Part shown: positions 1-7,288 of the stretch, piece by piece | How positions within the stretch are numbered: position 1 is the first letter of the stretch | Layout: each line of letters opens with the position of its first letter | Assembly (NCBI GenBank): GCA_042218115.1 | Contig: JBDGRJ010000040.1 | Location: 1 to 47,576 of the forward strand | DNA from: Minisyncoccia bacterium | GTDB taxonomy: Bacteria > Patescibacteriota > Patescibacteriia > Magasanikbacterales > UBA922 | Length of the DNA: 47,576 bases | Direction: 5' to 3' | Translations under genes and position numbers: made by a program | Notes under the pieces: model-generated | The model's database searches: none | The model's input: the letters and a program-made list of their open reading frames with translations, nothing else | Told to the model about the DNA's origin: nothing

Positions 1-1
1 G

Positions 2-841
2 GAGCGAGCGGTACTTGAGCCGATTTTAGAAAATTACAAGCTGAGTGTTACTCATTTCAATAATTTTTTAAATGTAGCGGAAGGCGGACCAAGAGAGTTT
101 TTGGAAAAAAATTTATTGCGTTTCCCTCAGCCGAAACCAAAACCGGCAAAGTTCGGATCAGCTATGCACTCTGCTCTGGAGAGTTTCTATAGTGAGTACC
201 AAGAGCAAAAGCAGCTGCCTGAGCAAAAGCGGCTACTGGAGCTATTTGAACAAGAGCTGAACAAAGAAGAGCTGGTAAAAGATGAGTTTGAGGATCTATT
301 GGAGAAAGGTAGAGATTCTTTGAGTGTATACTATAAGCAAAAAAAAGAAGAGTTCGATCAGGATCATATTATTGAGTTCAGCTTTCGCAACCAAGGTGTA
401 AAGCTGGATCAGGCTCACTTGAGAGGCAAGATCGACAAGATGGAGCAAATTGATAACGATGAGTACAAAGTTTATGATTTCAAGACCGGAAGTCCTTTGA
501 AAAGCTGGGACGGGAGAAGTAAATACGACAAAATAAAGGCATGGCGGTACAAAAATCAGCTTATATTTTATAAAATTTTAGTAGAAAACTCTCGCAAGTT
601 CGGAGATAAGTTCAATGTGAATACAGGACAGTTGGAATTTTTGGAGCCGAAAGACGGTGAGATCAAAGAACTGAGCTATAATATCAGCACAGAGGATGTA
701 CAGCGTGTATCAAAATTAGCTAATATTGTGTATAATAAAATAAGCAATCTTGATTTTCCCGATATTTCGAGCTATAGTGAAAGTGTATCGGGGATCGAGG
801 AGTTTGAGCGGGATTTATTATCTGAATATATAATTTCTTAA
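2..841 (+). CDS. C-terminal RecB-type PD-(D/E)XK nuclease domain of a helicase-nuclease (5-prime partial, continues upstream of the window)
   Basis: The reading frame is open from nt 2 with no stop before the listed TTG at 101. GKIDKMEQ...YKVYDFKTG and KNQLIFYKIL match the RecB-family nuclease motifs (hxD...(D/E)xK and QxxxY). Confidence 0.6.
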   Translation, partial: ERAVLEPILENYKLSVTHFNNFLNVAEGGPREFLEKNLLRFPQPKPKPAKFGSAMHSALESFYSEYQEQKQLPEQKRLLELFEQELNKEELVKDEFEDLLEKGRDSLSVYYKQKKEEFDQDHIIEFSFRNQGVKLDQAHLRGKIDKMEQIDNDEYKVYDFKTGSPLKSWDGRSKYDKIKAWRYKNQLIFYKILVENSRKFGDKFNVNTGQLEFLEPKDGEIKELSYNISTEDVQRVSKLANIVYNKISNLDFPDISSYSESVSGIEEFERDLLSEYIIS

Positions 842-877
842 GTTATAAGTATTTGAGATTTAATATAAAATTTTTCC

Positions 878-1054
878 ATGCCAGATCATCAAGACAAGGA
901 AGAAAAAATTAAGATTGTTAATGCGATCATTTCAGATTTACATTCTGAGATTTCTGCTATTAGAGAAGCTAGTCATGAACTGAGAAAAGAAATTAAAGAA
1001 GAGATAAACCAAGAAAAAATAGAGAAAGTTAAGGAGCAGATAGAAGAACTATAG
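878..1054 (+). CDS. Small (58 aa) charged coiled-coil-like protein, hypothetical
   Basis: ATG..TAG ORF below the 60-aa cutoff of the ORF track, translated by hand: MPDHQDKEEKIKIVNAIISDLHSEISAIREASHELRKEIKEEINQEKIEKVKEQIEEL. It fills an otherwise empty 310-nt gap and shares the K/E-rich composition of its neighbours. Confidence 0.3.
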   Translation: MPDHQDKEEKIKIVNAIISDLHSEISAIREASHELRKEIKEEINQEKIEKVKEQIEEL

Positions 1055-1154
1055 CTAGTGAATTATTGTAAGAGAAATGATTTTGTAATTTTTAGTTTGG
1101 TGTTAAACGTAGAAAAAAATCTTTATTAAAATAACTTAAATTCATTAAAATTTT

Positions 1155-1502
1155 ATGCCACAAAAAAAACAGACGCAATATGATCCCGAGGAGAACCTAA
1201 GAACTTTTATTTTAAGAATACTAGAAGAATCAGGTCTTAAAGAGTTAACTGAAGAACAAAAGGAGGAGTTTTTGCCTAAATTAGTTGCGCGTGCTGAATA
1301 TAAAATAGGACAAGCGTTAATTCCAAAACTGTCCGAAGGGGCGGCCGAAGAGTTTACTGAACTACAAGAACAAGAAGAGACCGATCCCCAAGTTTGGAAA
1401 GATTTTTGGGAGGAAAATGTTGAGGATTATGACCAAGTAGTAACCGAAGCTTTGGACGATTTTGCAGAAGAGTGTAAAGAGGTATTATCTAAATACGAAT
1501 AA
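1155..1502 (+). CDS. Hypothetical acidic protein (115 aa)
   Basis: Clean ORF on the same strand as the giant gene, ending 10 nt upstream of it. No family recognised. Confidence 0.55.
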   Translation: MPQKKQTQYDPEENLRTFILRILEESGLKELTEEQKEEFLPKLVARAEYKIGQALIPKLSEGAAEEFTELQEQEETDPQVWKDFWEENVEDYDQVVTEALDDFAEECKEVLSKYE

Positions 1503-1511
1503 TATAAGGTT

Positions 1512-4500
1512 ATGTATTCTAAACCCGATATTTATTTCAAAACAACTGGAGGGCCTGATGATGAATATAAAGTCCCTACCCCTGAGAGTCTAGAAGGAGG
1601 AGAGGAGGCTGAAAAAGATGCTGAATCAGGTGGAAATATAGAAGACAGACAAGCAGAAGCATTAGAGGATGCCAGATTGGAGATAGAAGAGGTAAGAAAT
1701 GTTTTAGAAGATTTAAGAGGTACTGCAGAAGAGTCTGAAAGAGTAGGAGAAGAAGAGTTGGATAAATTAGATGATTTAAAAGATGCTGCTGAGGGGGTAA
1801 GAGATAGAGCGGAGCTGGCACAGAGATTCCAAGAAGCAGATGCAGAAGAAAGACGTGAAATTTATAAAAAAATATACCAGAATGTGAAAGATCATTCTAA
1901 AATAAGAAATGAGCTAGGACAAACAGTTGAGTTATTGATACCACCGCCTGAAACCCTAGGATCAAATGAAGTGTCTGATAAGACTGAAAAAGATGAGTGG
2001 GAGGGCGTATCTGGAGAAACTACAGTAGAGACCTTTGATGAAGAAGAGACAATAAAGAGATTAGCAACCTTGTATGATGAAAAAATAGACCAAGAAGAAA
2101 GAGTTGAAGAATTATCGGATCAAAAACAAGAAAAAACTAAAGATAAAAAAGAATTAAATTTTAAAGCCGAGAAACAGAAATTAAAACAACTCGAAGGAAA
2201 AATAGAAGGATTGATAAATGAACTTACAGAACATACCGATAAAAGTACAGATGAAGTGGCAGAGGAAATTGCCGAATATAGTGATGAACTAGAAGATACA
2301 AGTGAGACAGAAGAAGATGAGAAGAGTGCAGAAGAAAGAGATAAAACCCTAGATTTGCCTAGAAGTATAATGAGAGAAGCTATGGTAAATCAGGGAGAAA
2401 GTGAGAAAATAGTAGATGCTTTGGTAGAAGGAAACCCAGACCAAGCTAGAAATATTGTAGAGAATTTATTTGATAATCTCTCGCAAGACCAGCTACAAAG
2501 ATTGGAAGAAGCGCTTGAGGGTCAAGGATGGGAACTAGAAGAATTCCTTGAGAAGTGGGAAGATGAACTTGCGGGTGATGTTGTAGAGATGTATCAACAA
2601 GAAATTAACGACAGGGTCCAAAAAAAGGTACAAGAACAGATGACATGGACGGATAAACTGAGGGCCGGATGGAAAAGCGCAGCTAAAAAGGTGGGCGCTT
2701 ATGGGGGTTCAATGTTTGCAGGAGCTTCCGCTGGTGCTGCGGCAGGTAGCTTATTAGGCCCTATCGGTAGTATAGTTGGTGGAGTAGTAGGTGCTAGATT
2801 TGCGAAAGGTGGTGTCGACACTGTGGCAGAAAAGAGCGGTGTGTTAGAAGAAGGAGAAGATACGAAAAAAGAGAGAGAAGAGTCTGAGATGTATTTAGCT
2901 GAAGTAAAGGGATATTCCGATGAAGCAAAAGAGGAAATAAAATCCGAGATGAAAATAGATATAGACGAGGAAAGGCAAAGAATATTAGCCGATACTATAA
3001 ACCAAAAATTAAGTAAAGCTCCGGAGAAGACAAGACTGGATGAGTGGAAAAATAAGATATTAGATGTCAGAGCAGAAGAGTTGGAAGAGGAAGACCTAGA
3101 AGAAGAGGCAATAAATAAAAAATTAGAAGTTTTGGAACACAAACTAGATAAGCTCATAGAAGCAGAACTTAGAGATGGCAAAACTCTCGTAGAAGCAGCT
3201 GTGGAAAACGGAGCTAACAAACAAGCGGTAGAAGTTCTGGCAGAAGAAAATGCAGGTGATTTACCGGAAGATTTAAAAGATTCAGATGTAGAAAAACACC
3301 TGCAAAGGTTTGGGGTACCCACTACTGCAGGAGCTAGTGCAATGGCTGCAGCTGCGGCTGGTGGACCTGTTGCTGGATATATGGCTTATGGTGGAGGCAA
3401 AGGAGGAGAGCTGGGTATGAGATACGGAGAAAAATTTGATAAAGATAAAGTATCGGAAGAAATGGCAGAGAGAATTGAGGCGGTGCAGAGTGAGGTGATG
3501 GAAAGAATGGACAGATACAATACAGAGGAAGAAATAAAAAGCACCTCTACCGAGAAGTTATCAGATGACCTTGCAAAAATAAAAGGGGCTTTGGATAAAG
3601 GCATTATAGATCAAGAGGTAGTAGATGCTTTTGATACAATAGGAGAAGAAAGGGGGGCAGGCATTAAAGAAAGAGTCCAACAACTGGAAAAAGAGATAAA
3701 TAGAGAATTAAACGGCCGAAAACTAGAAGATTTAGATGATCATTTTAAACAAATAGAAGCAAAAAGTGAAATAAGTGGACAAGAAGATGTAGAATATATT
3801 TTACCTGACGAAGAAAAGAAAAAAAGAAAATATTTAGGCGCAGTAATGGGTGCTGCAGCGGGTGTCGTAGCTGGTAATTTGTTGGGTGATTATGGAGGTT
3901 CATCAGAGCAACCTACAGAACAAGAAAAAGTACCTGAAGAAGCTCAAAGGACTATTGGTGCAGAAGATGTTCACGAAGGCGGAGCTTCATATCCGGGATC
4001 AGGGCCTGCTTCAGCAAAAGGAGAAGTACCTGCTGTGGATCTGGAAGCAGCAGAAGAAACAAGCGAAATTAGAATGGATCCGACTGAGATTGAAGGGGCG
4101 CCTCCTATTGATGTAGCATGGGAGGTTAAGGACCCTAACGGTGTAATAGACGGAATAAAGGGGATTGTAGAAGGTAAAATAAGTCTTGAAGATATGGATG
4201 CTGATACTGTAACTGAGTTTTTAGAAAACAATGATGATTTAAGAGATCAGTATGTTGAAGGATTAAACGAAATATCTGAGAAACATAATATTGAGATAGA
4301 AGATATGAAGGGAGTCGGAGTTGAGGACGGGGATTTTGTTCATAGAGAAATGCAAACACAAGAAATTATGGATGTTTTTGCATCGGTTAAAAGCAATCCG
4401 GAGGAATATCCTGAATTTACTAAGTTTCTTGAAGAGTTAGATAGCCAAACTAGTGGAAGTCCGACCACTCAACCTTCCGCAACAGCAGAACCCACCCCGG

Positions 4501-5603
4501 GCAGTTCAACAGGTAGTGAAGCATCAACTGCGGGATCTACTGGAGGTGGAGCCGAAACTACTGCGCAGGCAGATGAAACAGCGGCTGAACCTACTACGGA
4601 AGATGGAGCGGGCTACACCTCTCCTGAAGGTCCTGCAAGTATGCCGTCAGAAGTTCCTGAAGATACAGTAGAGCCGAGTGGAGGAGATACGGGGGAAGCT
4701 GCGGGGTACACCTCCACGGAAGGGACGGCTTCAATGCCTGAAGAAATTACGGGAAGTGAAGCAGGTGAGAGTGGCAAAGAGTTGGCAGAAGAAGCAGAAA
4801 GGTCCGCTGAAGGGGGGGCTGAAACAGAAGAAGCTGTATTAGAAGAAGAGGGGGTCCCAAAAGAGGCACAATCCTCTGCTCAAGAAGGAGATACAAGGGG
4901 AGTTACTGAGGGTCCACCTCCGTCAGTAGACGAGTCTGCTATTGATGTAGTCGGAGATGACAAGGCCGCAGAAGCAGGAGGAGAAACCATAGAGGCCGAT
5001 AGTGAAACAACAGAAGCTGGAACAGAATCGGCAAGTGAATCAGGAGGTGGTGGTGTTAGTTCAGCTTCAGAAGAAAATTTAGCTGCTGAGGGAGAAGCAG
5101 GAGAAGCTGAAGACGGAGATAGTTCTGAAGCAGAAGAAGCCGAAGCTGCTGCAGAAACAACAAAGGAGATAACCAAAGAGATAGGCGGCAGAGAGGTTAA
5201 TTTTATCGTCGAAGACGGCAAACTCTCTATGATTGATGACCCTGATCATGGTCAAATTTTTCTTGACCAGGAAGGTGATATTAATATCTCTACTTTAATG
5301 GCAGAAGAGACAGGTAAGCCAGCAATGGAAGACTTGGATTGGCTTGAAAACTACAATGAAATATATGAAGAAAGGGGTCTTTCAGGACCGGGGGGAGCTC
5401 AAGAATTTCAGTCTTTTGCTACTAAAGTAAATACTTTGAAAGAAGCATATCACGCTTTAATTGAAAGCAATTTAGACGTAGATGCTTCAGATATTACTCA
5501 AAAGGTGAATTCTGCTTTAGAGTCCCATTTGAAACAGGCTGAGGAAATGTATGGATTAGAAGTTGACAGAAGTGAATTTATACCCGAGGAGCCCAAAACT
5601 TAA
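1512..5603 (+). CDS. Giant hyper-acidic protein (1363 aa) with coiled-coil-like stretches, three Gly/Ala-rich hydrophobic segments and a low-complexity T/S/E/A/G tail
   Basis: Uninterrupted 4.1-kb ORF. The antisense ORFs are S/L/F-rich mirror images of GAA/GAG runs. Hydrophobic Gly-zipper-like segments lie at about nt 2691-2815, 3311-3410 and 3832-3900. No family recognised. Confidence 0.8.
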   Translation: MYSKPDIYFKTTGGPDDEYKVPTPESLEGGEEAEKDAESGGNIEDRQAEALEDARLEIEEVRNVLEDLRGTAEESERVGEEELDKLDDLKDAAEGVRDRAELAQRFQEADAEERREIYKKIYQNVKDHSKIRNELGQTVELLIPPPETLGSNEVSDKTEKDEWEGVSGETTVETFDEEETIKRLATLYDEKIDQEERVEELSDQKQEKTKDKKELNFKAEKQKLKQLEGKIEGLINELTEHTDKSTDEVAEEIAEYSDELEDTSETEEDEKSAEERDKTLDLPRSIMREAMVNQGESEKIVDALVEGNPDQARNIVENLFDNLSQDQLQRLEEALEGQGWELEEFLEKWEDELAGDVVEMYQQEINDRVQKKVQEQMTWTDKLRAGWKSAAKKVGAYGGSMFAGASAGAAAGSLLGPIGSIVGGVVGARFAKGGVDTVAEKSGVLEEGEDTKKEREESEMYLAEVKGYSDEAKEEIKSEMKIDIDEERQRILADTINQKLSKAPEKTRLDEWKNKILDVRAEELEEEDLEEEAINKKLEVLEHKLDKLIEAELRDGKTLVEAAVENGANKQAVEVLAEENAGDLPEDLKDSDVEKHLQRFGVPTTAGASAMAAAAAGGPVAGYMAYGGGKGGELGMRYGEKFDKDKVSEEMAERIEAVQSEVMERMDRYNTEEEIKSTSTEKLSDDLAKIKGALDKGIIDQEVVDAFDTIGEERGAGIKERVQQLEKEINRELNGRKLEDLDDHFKQIEAKSEISGQEDVEYILPDEEKKKRKYLGAVMGAAAGVVAGNLLGDYGGSSEQPTEQEKVPEEAQRTIGAEDVHEGGASYPGSGPASAKGEVPAVDLEAAEETSEIRMDPTEIEGAPPIDVAWEVKDPNGVIDGIKGIVEGKISLEDMDADTVTEFLENNDDLRDQYVEGLNEISEKHNIEIEDMKGVGVEDGDFVHREMQTQEIMDVFASVKSNPEEYPEFTKFLEELDSQTSGSPTTQPSATAEPTPGSSTGSEASTAGSTGGGAETTAQADETAAEPTTEDGAGYTSPEGPASMPSEVPEDTVEPSGGDTGEAAGYTSTEGTASMPEEITGSEAGESGKELAEEAERSAEGGAETEEAVLEEEGVPKEAQSSAQEGDTRGVTEGPPPSVDESAIDVVGDDKAAEAGGETIEADSETTEAGTESASESGGGGVSSASEENLAAEGEAGEAEDGDSSEAEEAEAAAETTKEITKEIGGREVNFIVEDGKLSMIDDPDHGQIFLDQEGDINISTLMAEETGKPAMEDLDWLENYNEIYEERGLSGPGGAQEFQSFATKVNTLKEAYHALIESNLDVDASDITQKVNSALESHLKQAEEMYGLEVDRSEFIPEEPKT

Positions 5604-5629
5604 TTTTTGCTAATATTTTATATCTTAAT

Positions 5630-5658
5630 TTGTAGTCACATATTTTTTTTGCTATAAA
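5630..5658 (+). promoter_or_regulatory. Candidate sigma70 promoter (TTGTAG-17 nt-TATAAA, with TG 1 nt upstream of the -10)
   Basis: Hexamers at 5630-5635 and 5653-5658 with a 17-nt spacer, counted by hand. It sits directly upstream of the anomalous 5.7-6.1 kb segment. Confidence 0.35.
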
Positions 5659-5714
5659 TTAATCACTGTTCATTCACTTTTCCTCGTACTTCTAAAAAAC
5701 CACGGAGGGTTAAA

Positions 5715-6038
5715 GTGCTTTACCCTAATAACCACGGATTGGTTAAAGCTGCTTTTTTTCTTCCCGGACCTCCTTTTGTTACGGCCAGTTATGGTTGGGC
5801 GGATGATCCGGATAGATTGGCATGTCTATTGCATTGGAGGCTTGAGATCATGGGCTTTTCTTATTTCCGTTATAAAAGAAAAGGCACCCCCACTTTCTTT
5901 TTCGACTTTGAAAGAGGTCCTGTCACTGAGGGGGTAGTTGAATTAACTAGAGCTCTTGTAAAAGAGCTCGGCTTTCCAAAGTATGATAAGACTAGAGTAA
6001 CTACAATAAGGAGACTGGAGGCACAGCTTGAAAGGTAA
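5715..6038 (+). CDS. Hypothetical small protein (107 aa, GTG start); coding status uncertain
   Basis: The ORF is preceded by GGAGG 6 nt upstream of the GTG, which is rare in this window. It has its own candidate promoter and a downstream stem-loop (6050-6076). Its amino-acid composition (W/P/G/F/R rich) and GC are unlike the neighbouring genes. No family recognised; an RNA gene cannot be excluded. Confidence 0.35.
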   Translation: MLYPNNHGLVKAAFFLPGPPFVTASYGWADDPDRLACLLHWRLEIMGFSYFRYKRKGTPTFFFDFERGPVTEGVVELTRALVKELGFPKYDKTRVTTIRRLEAQLER

Positions 6039-6100
6039 ACTGGGGATTGGGACCCGCCGGAACGCCCGTCGGGTCCACTCACTTTTATAAAAGATTTAAC

Positions 6101-7228
6101 ATGCCCAATAAGGTTGCACTCGATGCCCGCATGATGAGCTCAAGCTTCGGCATCGGTAGATATATACAACAACTAGTCACACATCTAGAACAAATCTCTC
6201 CAGAAGATATGGAGTTTTTTTTATTTATGAGAGAGAAAAATTGGGACGAGTTTAAACCTGTCCGAGAAAATTTTCATAAAATAAAGACGAATATAGATTG
6301 GTATGGGGTGTCTGAACAACTAAGGATGCCAAAAGTTATTGAAAGAGTTAATCCTGATTTAGTTCATTTTCCTCACTGGAATGTCCCCTTTTTTTATAGT
6401 GGTAATTTTGTGGTGACGATTCATGATCTGATAATGTTTCATTTTCCCAGGCCGGAAGCCACTACTCACGGAAAGATCAAGTACTGGGTTAAAGATAAAA
6501 TTCATAGATTCGTAGTAACAGAAGCGATTGAGAACTCGGAACATATCATCACCCCTTCGAAATTTACCAAAAAAGATATATTGGATAATTTTGATATAGA
6601 AAATGATAAGCTGACGGTTACCTATGAAGCTCCCTTTTTTGGTGAGTCTGAACCGCTGGATTTTTCTCAGCTGCAAACTAAGATTAATATCGAGCAGCCC
6701 TATGTATTTTATGTCGGCTCAGCTTATCCGCATAAAAATTTAAATAACTTAGTTAAGGCATGGAAGAGATTTAAACAAGCAGATAATAATGATTTCAGCT
6801 TGATCCTAGCAGGAAAGGAAGATTATTTTTATGATAGGCTAACTAACTCTAATCTCTTTAAGAGTACACCAGACGTAGAGCATATTGGACAGGTGTCCGA
6901 TGAGCAACTAAAATCTTTATACAAAAATGCAGAGCTTTTTGTCTTTCCTAGTCTGTATGAGGGTTTTGGGCTTCCTCCACTAGAGTCACTTCAATTACAA
7001 ACACCGGTATTAGCTTCGGAAACCAGTTCGGTCCCCGAGGTTCTGGGTGAGGCTGGTATATATACCGACACTGAAGATGTAGAGCAATTTTCTCAAGATA
7101 TACACGCAGCCCTAGAAAAGAAAGAAATGAGACAAGAGTCCTTGCAGCGAGCAGAAGATCAACTGGATCAATACTCATGGAAAAAATTAGCTAAAAAAAC
7201 CTTGAGGGTATATAAAAATAATAGTTAA
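6101..7228 (+). CDS. Glycosyltransferase, GT4 (group 1) family
   Basis: C-terminal E-x7-E region FPSLYEGFGLPPLESL and the typical GT-B layout. I prefer the ATG at 6101 (MPNKVALDARM...) over the listed 6047 start, which would run through an intergenic GC-rich stem-loop. Confidence 0.85.
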   Translation: MPNKVALDARMMSSSFGIGRYIQQLVTHLEQISPEDMEFFLFMREKNWDEFKPVRENFHKIKTNIDWYGVSEQLRMPKVIERVNPDLVHFPHWNVPFFYSGNFVVTIHDLIMFHFPRPEATTHGKIKYWVKDKIHRFVVTEAIENSEHIITPSKFTKKDILDNFDIENDKLTVTYEAPFFGESEPLDFSQLQTKINIEQPYVFYVGSAYPHKNLNNLVKAWKRFKQADNNDFSLILAGKEDYFYDRLTNSNLFKSTPDVEHIGQVSDEQLKSLYKNAELFVFPSLYEGFGLPPLESLQLQTPVLASETSSVPEVLGEAGIYTDTEDVEQFSQDIHAALEKKEMRQESLQRAEDQLDQYSWKKLAKKTLRVYKNNS

Positions 7229-7288
7229 TCCCCGTTGTAATCTTCCTTGGGAAATATGGTACAATAATAAGCAGTAAAATATTTCCCA

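Noticed and set aside
1576-5221. Multiple antisense and alternate-frame ORFs inside the giant acidic gene (1576..1821-, 2699..3322-, 3386..3604-, 3886..4116+, 3971..4231-, 4135..4359-, 4453..4671+, 4880..5221-)
   Set aside because: They are S/L/F/P-rich mirror translations of GAA/GAG/GAT-rich coding sequence, lie entirely within a long uninterrupted sense ORF, and have no independent signals.
5690-6085. Assignment of the GC-elevated segment as RNase P RNA, tmRNA or SRP RNA
   Set aside because: I searched both strands by eye for the hallmark motifs and found only weak partial resemblances. The motifs were GAGGAAAGUCCGGGC and ACAGAANCCGGCUUA for RNase P, a GGUUCGAnUCC T-arm plus an alanine-tag ORF for tmRNA, and GGAAGCAGC for SRP. 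No call is made and the segment is left as an open finding.
6047-6100. Longer N-terminus (start at 6047) for the glycosyltransferase
   Set aside because: The extension (MGPAGTPVGSTHFYKRFN) is translated from the GC-rich stem-loop and T-run of the upstream unit. The conserved GT-B N-terminus begins at the ATG at 6101.
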